Below are positions 14,743-24,719 of a stretch of 32,333 nucleotides of DNA, one piece after another. The notes below the pieces were generated by a model. The model saw only the letters and a list, made by a program, of their open reading frames with translations. It ran no database searches and was not told where the DNA came from. Both the position numbers and the translations under genes were made by a program. The DNA is taken from assembly GCA_027077895.1 (NCBI GenBank), contig JALWQZ010000002.1, positions 1 to 32,333 on the forward strand, given 5' to 3'. This DNA is from Candidatus Micrarchaeota archaeon (GTDB lineage: Archaea; B1Sed10-29; WALL01; WAMD01). Position 1 is the first letter of the stretch. Every line of letters starts with the position of its first letter.

Positions 14743-15396
14743 TTGATAGAGAGAAAATTTGTAGATTATGGGAAAACAAAGGTCATGCTGGATAGATACC
14801 TCAAGGATAGGTTAAGTAGAGCAGGATACGCAGGTGTTGACATACAAAAGACACCACTAGTGACGAGGATAATAATAAAGGTTGAGAGACCTGGGCTAGT
14901 GATTGGAAGAAAGGGTAGATCAATAAAGGAACTTACAGATGATATAGAAGAAAAATTTGGTCTGCAAAACGTCCAGATAAAGGTGGAGGAGATTTCTGTT
15001 CCAGAATTGGATGCAGTTGTTATGGCAAATAGGATTGCAAGATCACTTGAAAAGGGTTTACATTTTAGAAAAGTCATGAATTGGGCAGCAGACAGGATTA
15101 TGAAAGCAGGCGCCCTAGGATGTGAAATCGTGATAAGTGGTAAATTGGTGGGAAAAGGTGGCATGGCAAGAAGAGAGAGGGTCGCAGTAGGATATCTAAA
15201 GAAAGCGGGGGAACCAGCAAAGCAAGTTAGAGTCGCTCATGCTCAAGCACTTAAGAAGGCCGGGATTATAGGTGTCACTGTGAGGATCGCTCCTCCAGAC
15301 ATGGAGTTACCTGAAAAGAAGGGTATATCAGAGCAACTGAAGGTAATAGGTGGTGAGAATGGCAATAATGAAAATGAAGGAACTCAGAGCGCTTAG
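14743..15396 (+). CDS. rps3: 30S ribosomal protein S3
   Basis: TTG start giving 'MIERKFV...', as in methanogen S3. KH domain 'RIIIKVERPGLVIGRKGRSIKEL'. The 3' end overlaps rpl29. Confidence 0.95.
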   Translation: MIERKFVDYGKTKVMLDRYLKDRLSRAGYAGVDIQKTPLVTRIIIKVERPGLVIGRKGRSIKELTDDIEEKFGLQNVQIKVEEISVPELDAVVMANRIARSLEKGLHFRKVMNWAADRIMKAGALGCEIVISGKLVGKGGMARRERVAVGYLKKAGEPAKQVRVAHAQALKKAGIIGVTVRIAPPDMELPEKKGISEQLKVIGGENGNNENEGTQSA

Positions 15397-15565
15397 TGTC
15401 CCTGAACTAGAGGACAAGATGAAGGAGTTAGAATCAGAGTTAAGGCTAGAGATGGGGGCAGTGGCAAGTGGTGTGACACCGAAGAATCCAGGCAGGATAA
15501 GAGAAATAAAAAGAACAATTGCCAGGATAAAAACAATAATAAATGAAAGAGAGAAGGAGGTTTAG
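15359..15565 (+). CDS. rpl29: 50S ribosomal protein L29
   Basis: 'MAIMKMKELRALSVPELEDKMKELESELRLE'. The ATG follows the SD GGTGGTGA, and the track GTG at 15350 lies inside that SD. Confidence 0.93.
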   Translation: MAIMKMKELRALSVPELEDKMKELESELRLEMGAVASGVTPKNPGRIREIKRTIARIKTIINEREKEV

Positions 15566-15566
15566 A

Positions 15567-15854
15567 ATGAAAATTGGGGGTTTACCCGAAGAACTATTCG
15601 AAGAGCTCGATAAGAGCACAACCCATGTCAAGGTTACAACAGAAAGGCGAAAGTTTGGAAAGTTTGTGACGATAGTTGAACTATCTGACAAGGGCAATAA
15701 CATAGACCGCATCGCAAAAGAATTAAAGAAAAAACTTGCATGTGGAGGAGCGGTTAAGGAGAACCGGATTGAACTTCAAGGAAATCACCTTGACAAGATA
15801 AAAAAAGTGTTGGTACAGATGGGATATGCAGAAGATCAAATTGAATTACCATGA
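15567..15854 (+). CDS. sui1: Translation initiation factor aSUI1 (eIF1 homologue)
   Basis: 'VKVTTERRKFGKFVTIVEL...LKKKLACGGAVKENRIELQGNH'. SD is GGAGGT-TTAGA-ATG at 15567. The upstream part of the track ORF overlaps rpl29. Confidence 0.92.
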   Translation: MKIGGLPEELFEELDKSTTHVKVTTERRKFGKFVTIVELSDKGNNIDRIAKELKKKLACGGAVKENRIELQGNHLDKIKKVLVQMGYAEDQIELP

Positions 15855-16158
15855 TATGATGGATATTGCCCGCGGCATTATAGGCCGTGAGGCAGAGGTT
15901 ATAAACTCAAATAACAGATCCCTCGTGGGGATCAAAGGAAGAATCATTGATGAAACCCTAAAAACCATTGTGATACTCACAAAAAACGGGAAAAAAGTGA
16001 TACCTAAAAACGGTGTCGTACTGAAGGTGAATCTGCCTTCAGGATATGTCACCGTTGAGGGAAAGATGATAATGCAAAGACCTGAAGAAAGGATAAAGAA
16101 GTGGTGGAGAAAGATAAGGAAGGTGAAAAGGTATGCCAACAAAAACCAAAGAAGTTGA
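15826..16158 (+). CDS. rnp1: RNase P protein component 1 (Rpp29/Pop4)
   Basis: 'GIIGREAEVINSNNRSLVGIKGRIIDETLKTIVILT...KVIPK' is the Sm-like Rpp29 core, in the conserved position between sui1 and rps17. The start is uncertain (ATG at 15826, 15856 or 15859). Confidence 0.88.
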   Translation: MQKIKLNYHDMMDIARGIIGREAEVINSNNRSLVGIKGRIIDETLKTIVILTKNGKKVIPKNGVVLKVNLPSGYVTVEGKMIMQRPEERIKKWWRKIRKVKRYANKNQRS

Positions 16159-16453
16159 GTGCAACGACCCAAATTGCCCTATTCACGGGAATATAAAGAT
16201 AAGGGGGAACATATTCAGGGCAAAGGTTGTCTCTGTTGGAAAAATGAATAGATCAGCAGTGGTTGAAAGAGAGTTCATAAAGAAAATAAAAAAGTATGAA
16301 AGACTTGCAAGAGAAAGATCAAGGATGACTGTTCATCTACCTGACTGCATAAACGTGAAACCTGGGGATATTGTGTTGGTTGGTGAAACGAGAAAGATAA
16401 GCAAGACAAAATCATTCGTCATATTTGATGTCGTAAAGAGAGCAGGTGAATGA
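16133..16453 (+). CDS. rps17: 30S ribosomal protein S17
   Basis: '[25 protein letters not shown]...' matches the archaeal S17 N-terminus. SD is AGGTGAAAAGGT-ATG. Confidence 0.95.
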   Translation: MPTKTKEVECNDPNCPIHGNIKIRGNIFRAKVVSVGKMNRSAVVEREFIKKIKKYERLARERSRMTVHLPDCINVKPGDIVLVGETRKISKTKSFVIFDVVKRAGE

Positions 16454-16454
16454 A

Positions 16455-16853
16455 ATGAAGGGTGTCGGCACACATGTAGTGAAAGCCTTGCACATTGGCT
16501 CTAGGCTCGTATGCGACGACAATACAGGGGCCAAGGAATTGGAGATAGTAGGAGTCGTTGGTTTCAAGAGTAAAAGAAGGGTGCTAGCAAGAGCTGGCGT
16601 TGGAGATATTGTTATATGTAGTGTCAAAAAGGGTAAACCAGACATAAGGAAAAAGGTTGTTAAAGCCGTGATTATACGACAAAAAAAGGAGTATAGGCGC
16701 CCTGATGGAACTAGAATCAAGTTTTCTGATAATGCTGCAGTAATCGTTGATGATAAAGGTATGCCAAAGGGGACTGAAATCAAAGGAATAGTGGCCAAGG
16801 AGGTAGCAGAAAGGTTCCCAAAGGTTGCGACATTGGCTAAGAACGTGCTATGA
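16455..16853 (+). CDS. rpl14: 50S ribosomal protein L14
   Basis: '[17 protein letters not shown]...[10 protein letters not shown]...[15 protein letters not shown]'. The track GTG at 16446 lies in the SD AGGTGA. Confidence 0.95.
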   Translation: MKGVGTHVVKALHIGSRLVCDDNTGAKELEIVGVVGFKSKRRVLARAGVGDIVICSVKKGKPDIRKKVVKAVIIRQKKEYRRPDGTRIKFSDNAAVIVDDKGMPKGTEIKGIVAKEVAERFPKVATLAKNVL

Positions 16854-16864
16854 TGGTGATGATG

Positions 16865-17242
16865 ATGCAAAAGAAGGTTAGTTCAAAACCAAGAAAACAA
16901 AGGAAAGCACACTTTAACGCACCATTACATGTGAGACATAAGAAGATGTCTGCTCCACTGAGTAAAGATTTAAGGGATAAATACAAAAGAAGAAGTTTCC
17001 CTGTTAGGACAGGTGATACAGTAAGAGTAGTCAGGGGAGACTTCAAAGGAATAGAGGGCAAGGTCACTAGAGTAGATTCAAAGAAGTATAAGGTGTATAT
17101 AGACAAAGTAAAGCGGAGAAAGGTAAACGGTGAAGAAGTGCTTATTCCTATTCACCCATCAAATGTTATAATAACAGATTTGGACCTCGAAGATGAAAAG
17201 AGGAGAATGAAACTATCTAAGAAGGTCAAAACTACTGAGTAA
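16865..17242 (+). CDS. rpl24: 50S ribosomal protein L24
   Basis: '[32 protein letters not shown]...' plus a KOW motif. Five in-frame ATG/GTG codons lie between 16850 and 16865. An internal GGTGAT (16855-16860) favours the ATG at 16865. Confidence 0.9.
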   Translation: MQKKVSSKPRKQRKAHFNAPLHVRHKKMSAPLSKDLRDKYKRRSFPVRTGDTVRVVRGDFKGIEGKVTRVDSKKYKVYIDKVKRRKVNGEEVLIPIHPSNVIITDLDLEDEKRRMKLSKKVKTTE

Positions 17243-17253
17243 AGGGTGTTCAC

Positions 17254-17973
17254 ATGGCAAAAAAAGGTGGAAATAGGAAATTAAAAAGGCTCGCAGCGCC
17301 GAAAACATGGAAGATTGCAAGAAAGGAGTCGAAATGGATAATAAAGTCTAGTCCAGGCCCACACTCAATGGAAACTAGTGTTCCACTAGGTGTTATGCTC
17401 AGGGACATACTAAAGATCGCAAAGACGTCTAGGGAAGTTAGATACATACTAAAAAACGGGAAGATAAAGGTTGACGGTAGGATCAGGAAATCAATAAAAT
17501 TCCCAGTGGGATTCATGGACGTAATAGCCATACCCACATTAGATAAGTACTACAGAGTAGTATACGACAACCTGGGAAGGCTAGACGCAGTTGAGATAGA
17601 TAGGAACGAGGCGAGAAGAAAACTAGTCAAAGTCACCAGCAAAAACCTAGTCAGAGGAGGCAAAATACAACTTGGGTTCCACGACGGAAAGACGTTACTA
17701 ACCGATGATAACACAATTAGGGTAGGGGATAGCCTATTGATATCTGTCCCAGAACAGAAGGTAGAGAAGATAGCGAAGTTGGATAAGGGTAATCTGTCGT
17801 ACATAACAGGTGGACAGCACACTGGAGAAATTGCTGAGATAATTGACATAATAAAAGGAACAATCACTAGACCAACACAAGTACTGCTAAAGAAGGGGGA
17901 TGAGCAATTCCTCACTAAGAAAGATTATGTTTTTGTTATCGGTGAGAAAGAGCCTCTAATACACATAGGGTGA
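17254..17973 (+). CDS. rps4e: 30S ribosomal protein S4e
   Basis: 'GGNRKLKRLAAPKTWKIARKE..WIIKSSPGPH' plus gene order. Confidence 0.96.
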   Translation: MAKKGGNRKLKRLAAPKTWKIARKESKWIIKSSPGPHSMETSVPLGVMLRDILKIAKTSREVRYILKNGKIKVDGRIRKSIKFPVGFMDVIAIPTLDKYYRVVYDNLGRLDAVEIDRNEARRKLVKVTSKNLVRGGKIQLGFHDGKTLLTDDNTIRVGDSLLISVPEQKVEKIAKLDKGNLSYITGGQHTGEIAEIIDIIKGTITRPTQVLLKKGDEQFLTKKDYVFVIGEKEPLIHIG

Positions 17974-17979
17974 TAAGAG

Positions 17980-18492
17980 ATGTCAAAAGCGAAAATAAAG
18001 ATTACTAAGGTCACCATAAATATTGGTGTTGGAGAATCTGGAGAAAGGTTGGATAAAGCAGCGCAATTGATAGAAAAACTGACTGGTCAGAAGCCAGTTA
18101 GAACAAAATCAAAACACAGAATCCCAACATGGGGAATAAGGAAAAAGCAACCGATTGGTGTGAAAGTGACACTCAGAGGTCAAAAAGCAATGGACTTCTT
18201 AAAAATGGCATTAGAAGCCAAGGATAATACCTTAAAGGCAGAAAACTTTGATGATAACGGAAACTTTGCATTCGGAGTCCATGAATACATTGATCTGCCT
18301 GGAATAAAGTATGATCCAGATATTGGTTTATTTGGTTTTGATGTATGTGTAACTGTTGAAAAGGACGGGTACAGAGTCACAAAGAGAAAGAGACAAAAGA
18401 ACAAAATCCCCGTTAGGCATAAGTTGACAAAAGAAGAGTCCATAAAATGGGCTCAGGAAAATTTGGGTGTAAAAATCACAGAGGGTGATTGA
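17980..18492 (+). CDS. rpl5: 50S ribosomal protein L5
   Basis: '[43 protein letters not shown]'. Confidence 0.96.
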   Translation: MSKAKIKITKVTINIGVGESGERLDKAAQLIEKLTGQKPVRTKSKHRIPTWGIRKKQPIGVKVTLRGQKAMDFLKMALEAKDNTLKAENFDDNGNFAFGVHEYIDLPGIKYDPDIGLFGFDVCVTVEKDGYRVTKRKRQKNKIPVRHKLTKEESIKWAQENLGVKITEGD

Positions 18493-18494
18493 AA

Positions 18495-18650
18495 ATGTCA
18501 AAGGATGAAGCAAAGAAGAAAAGAGAATTGCCAACATGTGAAATATGTGGCAGTCATAAGAGAGTCATAAGGAAGTACGGAATGAATATTTGTGGTAAGT
18601 GCTTCAGAGAAGTCGCAGAAAAGATAGGCTTCGAGAAACACGGTATCTGA
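18495..18650 (+). CDS. rps14: 30S ribosomal protein S14 (zinc-binding type), 51 aa - not in the ORF track
   Basis: Hand translation: MSKDEAKKKRELPTCEICGSHKRVIRKYGMNICGKCFREVAEKIGFEKHGI*. It has CxxC...CxxC and sits in the conserved slot between rpl5 and rps8. SD GGTGAT lies upstream. Confidence 0.92.
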   Translation: MSKDEAKKKRELPTCEICGSHKRVIRKYGMNICGKCFREVAEKIGFEKHGI

Positions 18651-18660
18651 GGTGATATAG

Positions 18661-19050
18661 GTGTTAACAGACCCAGTTGCAGACGCAATGCAGAGAATTA
18701 AAAATGCTGAGAAGGCAGGCAAAGGAGAGGTTACACTAAAACCAGCATCAAAACTACTTGGAAACATACTAAATGTGATGCAAAAAAGAGGTTACATAGG
18801 TGAATACGAGTTTATAGATGATGGAAGAGGAGGGGTATACAAGGTGAAACTCGTTGGCAAGATAAATGATTGCAAAGCAATAAAACCAAGATTCCCAGCA
18901 AAATACATGGAATTGGAGAATTGGGAGAAAAGATTCTTACCTGCTGCAGATATAGGTATCCTTATTATCTCAACTCCTCTAGGAGTTATGGATCAAGAAG
19001 AGGCAAAGAAAAGAAAGATTGGTGGAAGATTGCTAGCATATGTATATTGA
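18661..19050 (+). CDS. rps8: 30S ribosomal protein S8
   Basis: GTG start after GAGGTGATATA. Signature: '[19 protein letters not shown]...[27 protein letters not shown]'. Confidence 0.95.
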   Translation: MLTDPVADAMQRIKNAEKAGKGEVTLKPASKLLGNILNVMQKRGYIGEYEFIDDGRGGVYKVKLVGKINDCKAIKPRFPAKYMELENWEKRFLPAADIGILIISTPLGVMDQEEAKKRKIGGRLLAYVY

Positions 19051-19060
19051 GGGGATAGAA

Positions 19061-19615
19061 ATGGTGCTTGCAGCTAAAATAGAAGAATATGTGGAGATAC
19101 CTGATGGTGTTAATATTGACATTGATGGAATGAAGGTAAAGGTAAGTGGCCCGAAGGGAACGTTAGAAAGGGAGTTTAAAACCAAAGAAGAAATACACAT
19201 AGACAAGGAGGAAGGTAAGATAAAGATATGGGCTCTATTTCCTAGAAGAAGAACAAAGGCAATGGTTGGAACAGTGAGGGCCCACATAAACAATATGATA
19301 ACCGGTGTAACAAAGGGATACACATACAAATTAAGGATACATTATAGACACTTCCCAATGAACGTGAGTGTTGAGGGGGATAGGGTGGTTATAAAGAACT
19401 TCCTTGGGGAGAAATATCCTAGGTATGCTGAGATACTTGATGGTGTTAGCGTTAAGATAAAGGGTAAAGAGGAGATAGTTGTAGAGGGAATTGATAGAGA
19501 AAAGGTAGGACAGACTGCAGCAAACATAGAGCAAGCAACAATTGTCAGAAAGAGAGATCCGCGTGTTTTCGTTGATGGGATATACATAGTTGAGAAAGGT
19601 GTTGCCAATGAATGA
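19061..19615 (+). CDS. rpl6: 50S ribosomal protein L6
   Basis: '[29 protein letters not shown]...' in two repeated L6 domains. The ATG at 19061 follows the rps8 stop, whereas the track start at 19040 would overlap rps8. Confidence 0.93.
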   Translation: MVLAAKIEEYVEIPDGVNIDIDGMKVKVSGPKGTLEREFKTKEEIHIDKEEGKIKIWALFPRRRTKAMVGTVRAHINNMITGVTKGYTYKLRIHYRHFPMNVSVEGDRVVIKNFLGEKYPRYAEILDGVSVKIKGKEEIVVEGIDREKVGQTAANIEQATIVRKRDPRVFVDGIYIVEKGVANE

Positions 19616-19949
19616 TAGGAAACTTCCCACGTTTCAAAAGCAGTATTCACATATGAAGAAAAGGGCACAAAAGAGTGGTTGGAGGAAGCCGAGGGGCATA
19701 GATAGTAAGCAGAGAAAGAACGTTAAAGCAAAGGGTGCACACCCTAGAATTGGATACTCGGCACCGTCAAAAAGTAGAGGACTACATCCCAGTGGATATG
19801 AAGAAGTGTACGTAAGGAATATGGATGATCTAATGAAAATAGATCCTGAAACACAGGCAGCAAGGCTCTCAGCCACATTAGGTAAGAAAAAGAGAGAGGA
19901 GATACTGGCCAAAGCAAATGAATTGAAGATAAGAGTATTGAACGGGTGA
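19608..19949 (+). CDS. rpl32e: 50S ribosomal protein L32e
   Basis: '[45 protein letters not shown]'. The ATG at 19608 follows the SD AGGTG, and the track start is a TTG at 19590. Confidence 0.93.
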   Translation: MNDRKLPTFQKQYSHMKKRAQKSGWRKPRGIDSKQRKNVKAKGAHPRIGYSAPSKSRGLHPSGYEEVYVRNMDDLMKIDPETQAARLSATLGKKKREEILAKANELKIRVLNG

Positions 19950-19955
19950 ACAAAA

Positions 19956-20369
19956 ATGGAACTCAAGAAAGTAAAAGAACTAACTGCTAGAACTTATGGC
20001 GTTGGAGTCTCTAGGGTCAAAATAAACGACCCTGAGCAGGCAAAGGATGTTATAACTAGAGAAGACGTCAGAAATCTAGTGAAGAAGGGTGTTATAGTAA
20101 TCACAAAAAAGAGAGGGACATCCAGAAGCAGAGCCAGGGTACTAGAAGCAAAGAGAAAAAAGGGTAAAAGAAGGGGCCCAGGAAGCAGAAAAGGAAAAAA
20201 GACCGCAAGGAAACCAAAAAAGGAAGCATGGATGGAAAGGGTTAGAGCCCTAAGGAAAGCACTAAAGCAAGCCAAACCTGACAATTACAGGAAGATTTAC
20301 CGTATGATAAAAGGAGGATATTTCAGAAGCAAGAAACATTTACTAAACTACATAAGAGGTGTTAAATAA
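19956..20369 (+). CDS. rpl19e: 50S ribosomal protein L19e
   Basis: '[21 protein letters not shown]...RGTSRSRAR...[15 protein letters not shown]'. Confidence 0.95.
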   Translation: MELKKVKELTARTYGVGVSRVKINDPEQAKDVITREDVRNLVKKGVIVITKKRGTSRSRARVLEAKRKKGKRRGPGSRKGKKTARKPKKEAWMERVRALRKALKQAKPDNYRKIYRMIKGGYFRSKKHLLNYIRGVK

Positions 20370-20884
20370 TGGCGCACTCAACCATTTATAGAGTCAAGTT
20401 CAGAAGGAGAAGAGAGGGAAAGACCAATTACAAGAAAAGATTAGCACTAGTTAAGTCAGAAAAACCTAGACTAGTCATAAGAGTATTAAACAGGCAGGTA
20501 ATCGCTCAACTAGTAATTTACGACCCAAGGGGAGACAAGGTCGTTGCATCTGCGTCATCCCATGAGTTAAAGAAATTCGGGTGGGAAGGCCACCCAGGAA
20601 ACGCACCATCCGCATACTTGACAGGATTGCTACTAGGCACTAGAGCAAAAAAGAAGGGGTACTCTGAAGCAATCCTTGATATTGGTCTACATACTCCCGT
20701 GCCTGGATCAAATGTTTATGCCGCATTAAAGGGGGCAGTTGATGGTGGACTAGACGTGCCCCATAGCGAAGAAGTTTTACCAAGCGAGGATAGGATAAGA
20801 GGCAGCATAATCGCAGAGTACCGGGGTATACCACACTTAACCGAAAAATTTGAAGAAACAAAGAGCAAAATACTAAAGGTGTAG
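20369..20884 (+). CDS. rpl18: 50S ribosomal protein L18
   Basis: '[41 protein letters not shown]'. The start overlaps the preceding stop as TAATG. Confidence 0.95.
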   Translation: MAHSTIYRVKFRRRREGKTNYKKRLALVKSEKPRLVIRVLNRQVIAQLVIYDPRGDKVVASASSHELKKFGWEGHPGNAPSAYLTGLLLGTRAKKKGYSEAILDIGLHTPVPGSNVYAALKGAVDGGLDVPHSEEVLPSEDRIRGSIIAEYRGIPHLTEKFEETKSKILKV

Positions 20885-20893
20885 GGTGATTAA

Positions 20894-21556
20894 ATGGTGA
20901 ACGAAAACTGGGTACCAAAAACAAGGCTTGGAAAGATGGTCCTAAATGGAGAAATAAAAACAATGGACCAAGCACTAGAGACTAAACTCCCAATAAGGGA
21001 ACCAGAAATAATTGACATACTACTTCCCGACCTAAAATCTGAAGTCCTAGACATAAACCTAGTTAGAAGGACAACCGATTCTGGAAGGAAATCGCGGTTC
21101 ATGGCAACAGTGGTTGTTGGAAACAAGAATGGATTTGTTGGGGTTGGAATGGGAAAAGACAACAATGTCAGACCTGCAATTGAAAAAGCAACAAGAGCCG
21201 CAAAGTTGAATATAATAAAAGTTAGGATGGGATGCGGTTCATGGGAGTGTAGATGCGGGGGTCACCACTCTATACCATACACAACAGAAGGTAAGTGGGG
21301 ATCAGTTAGAGTCAGATTAATGCCCGCACCTAAAGGCACAGGATTGGTAATAGGTGACACAGGAAAGAAAATCCTAGAATTTGCAGGTATAAAAGATGTC
21401 TGGTCAAAGACGTGGGGAGACACTAGGACAGTATACAACTTCGCATTTGCTGTTTGGGATGCTCTAAAGAACCTGAAGAAAACTAGGATTCCTGATGATG
21501 TCATAATTAAAGCAGAATCCGTAAAAGCACCAATAGAGGAAGGTGTTGAGGAATGA
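20894..21556 (+). CDS. rps5: 30S ribosomal protein S5
   Basis: '[14 protein letters not shown]...[30 protein letters not shown]'. Confidence 0.96.
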   Translation: MVNENWVPKTRLGKMVLNGEIKTMDQALETKLPIREPEIIDILLPDLKSEVLDINLVRRTTDSGRKSRFMATVVVGNKNGFVGVGMGKDNNVRPAIEKATRAAKLNIIKVRMGCGSWECRCGGHHSIPYTTEGKWGSVRVRLMPAPKGTGLVIGDTGKKILEFAGIKDVWSKTWGDTRTVYNFAFAVWDALKNLKKTRIPDDVIIKAESVKAPIEEGVEE

Positions 21557-22020
21557 AGAGGCTAGCTGTGATCCAGATTAGAGGGCTCATAAACGCACCA
21601 AAGGAAGTTAGGGATACCCTAAAAATGCTAAAATTGACAAGGGCTAACCATTGTGTTATTGTAGACGACAGGCCTACGTATGTTGGCATGCTAAAAAAGG
21701 TTGCTCCATGGATAACATGGGGGGAAATAAACGAGGAAACAATGGCCAAATTGATTAAAAAGAGGGGAAGATTGGTGGGGGACAAAAAAGTGACAGATGA
21801 CTATGTAAAGGAGAACACAAAGTATAAGGATATTAATGAATTTGTAAAGGCATTCATAAAATTTGAAGCAGAATTAGAGGACATTCCTGGGATGAAACCA
21901 GTATTTAGGTTAACACCACCATCAGGAGGGCTAAGGTCTATAAAGAGATTCGTCCAGGAAGGTGGAGACAGAGGATATCGTGGAGAAGAGATAAACAAAC
22001 TCCTAGAAAAAATGATATGA
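21553..22020 (+). CDS. rpl30: 50S ribosomal protein L30
   Basis: '[32 protein letters not shown]'. The start overlaps the rps5 stop as ATGA. Confidence 0.95.
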   Translation: MKRLAVIQIRGLINAPKEVRDTLKMLKLTRANHCVIVDDRPTYVGMLKKVAPWITWGEINEETMAKLIKKRGRLVGDKKVTDDYVKENTKYKDINEFVKAFIKFEAELEDIPGMKPVFRLTPPSGGLRSIKRFVQEGGDRGYRGEEINKLLEKMI

Positions 22021-22030
22021 GGGATGAAAT

Positions 22031-22435
22031 ATGGCGTTGAAGAATAGAAAGATTAGAAAGAAGCACAGAGGAACAAGGACAAACGGTAGAGGAAAAAAGG
22101 GATCTAGGCAAAAGGGTAGTGCCGGTGGTAGAGGAAACGCTGGTTCATTCAGACACAAAAAGATATGGTTCATAAAGAACAGACCAGGCTACTTTGGTAA
22201 GTCAGGTATGCCAACAGGAAAAAGAGAGAAAGTGAAGTATGTAACCCTAGCATGGATAAATGAATATGCGGAAAAGAAGGGTGTCAAAGAAGTAGATGTT
22301 TCAGAATTTGGGTACAATAGAGTTCTAGGAAGAGGGAGTATAAATGCGCCAATCACAATAAAGGCAAAGTCATTCAGCAAGAGGGCAATTGAAAAGATAG
22401 AGGCCGCTGGCGGAAAAGCAGTAGTCACCCAATGA
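22031..22435 (+). CDS. rpl15: 50S ribosomal protein L15
   Basis: 'KHRGTRTNGRGKKGSRQKGSAGGRGNAGSFRHK' plus gene order. Confidence 0.95.
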   Translation: MALKNRKIRKKHRGTRTNGRGKKGSRQKGSAGGRGNAGSFRHKKIWFIKNRPGYFGKSGMPTGKREKVKYVTLAWINEYAEKKGVKEVDVSEFGYNRVLGRGSINAPITIKAKSFSKRAIEKIEAAGGKAVVTQ

Positions 22436-22461
22436 ACCCTTTTTGGATTTAGGTGGTATTA

Positions 22462-23985
22462 ATGTCATGGGAGGTACTTGATCCTATAATTGCAATTTTA
22501 CCTGACGTCAAGAAACCAGTCAGAAAGCCAGCCCTAAAGACAAGACTAATGTGGGTGGGTATTGCAATAACAATATTCTTCCTCTTATCCGCAGTATCTC
22601 CTATTGGTCTGCTAACGCCTAATAGGCTAGCCCAGATACAAAAGACAAACCCCACGAGATACGCTTTATTGCAGCAACAATACTCGCAAGTTCTCCAGAG
22701 AGTGGCATTCCTAGAAAACGTACAGACCATACTAGCAAGTAGGTTAGGCTCCCTAGGTACACTTGGAATTGGGCCAATTGTCATGTCCTCAATTATTCTC
22801 CAATTGCTAGTGGGGGCCGAGATACTCCAAATGGACAAAAGAAGGTATATGGCAGCAACCAAAATCGGTGCCATTCTATTCGCATTCTTTGAAGCATTTA
22901 TATACGTAGCATCTGGGTTTTTGCCTATAGAACCAACAGGGATATCCCTACTCCCAATACCTGGACTTGCTCACATATTTGACCTAAACGCAGTTTTGGT
23001 AATGCTACAAATAGCTGCTGGGTCAATAATCCTATTATTCCTAGATGAAGTAGTGTCTAAATGGGGGATAGGTTCTGGTATTGGGTTATTCATAGTTGGT
23101 GGTGTTTCTCAAACCATATTGTATAGGTCATTAGCGCCATCAACAGGGAGCATAATTGTGTTCCTTAACAACCTGATAAACCAGGGAGTAGTCTCAATGG
23201 ACATAATCATGCCCCTGATAGCAACAATAGTCGTCTTCTTAATAGTTGTATATGGAGAGGGAATGCGTATTGAGATACCTCTTACATTAGGTAGAGTCAG
23301 TGGTGCGGCGGGGGGGAGATTCCCAATAAAATTCTTCTACGCCTCAAATATACCTGTTATACTTGCAGCAGCCCTATTCGCAAATATTCAGTTGTTCGCA
23401 AGTGCAATGGCAAACGCTGGATACCCTTGGTTAGGTAAATTTGGACCAAACGGTATGCCACTACCAACAACCGTGCTAAGTTTAAACCCGCATAAATTTG
23501 CGATACCTATTGCATGGGCAGTTAGGGCACCGTATGGAGTGCTAAGCGGGTGGACTGCCATAAACCAATACTTCATACATCCTGCACAATCAATATTCGG
23601 CATCCCTCTAGAACTAATCCACATACTCTTATATCTAGGAGCCATGACGCTGACTTGTGCAGTGTTTGGTATATTCTGGGTTGAGACAACAGGTATGGGA
23701 CCAAAGAGTGTCGCTAAGCAATTGCAATCAGCAGGCCTGGCGATACCTGGGTTTAGAAGGGATCCCAGAGTAATAGAGAGGGTACTGGAAAAATACATTC
23801 CGACGGTCACAATTGTGGGGTCTGTGGCAGTGGGCGGTCTAGCGGCACTGGCCAACCTAACAGGCGCATACGGTACAGGAACTGGTATCCTACTAAGTGT
23901 GGGGATCCTATACAGATTATATGAGGAACTAATGTCCGCACAATTAACCGAACTACATCCTGCACTGAAACAATTCCTTGGGTGA
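22462..23985 (+). CDS. secY: Preprotein translocase subunit SecY
   Basis: 'LGTLGIGPIVMSSIILQLLVG', 'LDEVVSKWGIGSGIGLFI', 'SNIPVILAAALFANIQL' and 'GFRRDPRVIERVLEKYIP'. The ATG at 22462 follows the SD AGGTGG, and the track GTG at 22453 lies in that SD. Confidence 0.95.
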   Translation: MSWEVLDPIIAILPDVKKPVRKPALKTRLMWVGIAITIFFLLSAVSPIGLLTPNRLAQIQKTNPTRYALLQQQYSQVLQRVAFLENVQTILASRLGSLGTLGIGPIVMSSIILQLLVGAEILQMDKRRYMAATKIGAILFAFFEAFIYVASGFLPIEPTGISLLPIPGLAHIFDLNAVLVMLQIAAGSIILLFLDEVVSKWGIGSGIGLFIVGGVSQTILYRSLAPSTGSIIVFLNNLINQGVVSMDIIMPLIATIVVFLIVVYGEGMRIEIPLTLGRVSGAAGGRFPIKFFYASNIPVILAAALFANIQLFASAMANAGYPWLGKFGPNGMPLPTTVLSLNPHKFAIPIAWAVRAPYGVLSGWTAINQYFIHPAQSIFGIPLELIHILLYLGAMTLTCAVFGIFWVETTGMGPKSVAKQLQSAGLAIPGFRRDPRVIERVLEKYIPTVTIVGSVAVGGLAALANLTGAYGTGTGILLSVGILYRLYEELMSAQLTELHPALKQFLG

Positions 23986-23988
23986 AGA

Positions 23989-24495
23989 ATGGTGAGCATG
24001 ACAATAATATACCCTGGACCATTTATGGTCGTAACGTTAACTGCCATAGCGTCGTCTACAATATCAATCTGGTTGAACAGGAAGATGACAAACACAGAAA
24101 GATCAAAGGAGATAAAAAGAAAAATTGAAGAACATCAAAAGAAGTATCTAGAAGCACAAAAAACCGGTGACAAAAAGGAACTGGAAAAACTAGATGAGGA
24201 ACAGGCAGAGATTATGAATCTACTTAAAGAGAATATGTACAACTCGATGAAACCAATGTTTATAACAACACCTGCTATTCTAGTAATATTATGGCTTTTC
24301 GGTGTTTGGTACGGGAAACTTGGTGCAATTGTATCATTACCATTCAGCATTCCATTCCTAACAAAGCCATTCAAGGACATGAGAATTGCGAATGGGATGG
24401 ATTGGCTAGGATTGTACATCCTAGTAGGTATACTTGCCAGTTTAACAATACAGATTGGCCTGAAATGGTATGATAAAAGGAGGGAGAAAAAATGA
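23989..24495 (+). CDS. DUF106-family membrane protein (archaeal Oxa1/YidC/EMC3-like insertase)
   Basis: Architecture is TM1, then a Lys/Glu-rich coiled coil ('KEIKRKIEEHQKKYLEAQKTGDKKELEKLDEEQ'), then two TM helices. It occupies the conserved position after secY. The ATG at 23998 is an alternative start. Confidence 0.8.
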   Translation: MVSMTIIYPGPFMVVTLTAIASSTISIWLNRKMTNTERSKEIKRKIEEHQKKYLEAQKTGDKKELEKLDEEQAEIMNLLKENMYNSMKPMFITTPAILVILWLFGVWYGKLGAIVSLPFSIPFLTKPFKDMRIANGMDWLGLYILVGILASLTIQIGLKWYDKRREKK

Positions 24496-24719
24496 AAAAA
24501 TTCCTACACATAGGTAGGGTGTGCAAGAAGAAGAGAGGTAAGGAAAGGGGTAAGATTGCTGTGATAGTTGATATTATTGACGAAAATTATGCGCTGGTTG
24601 ATGGCCCAGAGATAAAGAGAAGGAGATGCAACCTAGGACACCTAGAACCGACTGAGAAGATTGTTGACATAAAGAAAGGCGCAAGCCATGAAGAGGTCGT
24701 GAAGGCTCTTGGTGCCTGA
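24492..24719 (+). CDS. rpl14e: 50S ribosomal protein L14e
   Basis: KOW-like 'IGRVCKKKRGKERGKIAVIVDIIDENYALVDGP...RRRCNLGHLEPT'. SD GGAGGG. The start overlaps the preceding stop as ATGA. Confidence 0.9.
   Translation: MKKFLHIGRVCKKKRGKERGKIAVIVDIIDENYALVDGPEIKRRRCNLGHLEPTEKIVDIKKGASHEEVVKALGA

Noticed and set aside
16412-16870. Minus-strand ORF beginning MHHHHHH, which looks like an engineered His6 tag
   Set aside because: It is the reverse complement of ATGATGGTGATGATGATG at the rpl14/rpl24 junction, which holds overlapping start codons plus a GGTGAT SD. The rest of the ORF is antisense to rpl14 and rps17. It is not a vector or tag artefact.
23388-24095. 235-aa minus-strand ORF, plus many other 60-160-aa antisense ORFs such as 11215..11694, 13867..14322 and 22449..22874
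   Set aside because: All are antisense to confidently identified conserved genes (secY and r-proteins) and have no motifs. They are expected shadow ORFs in a densely coding operon.
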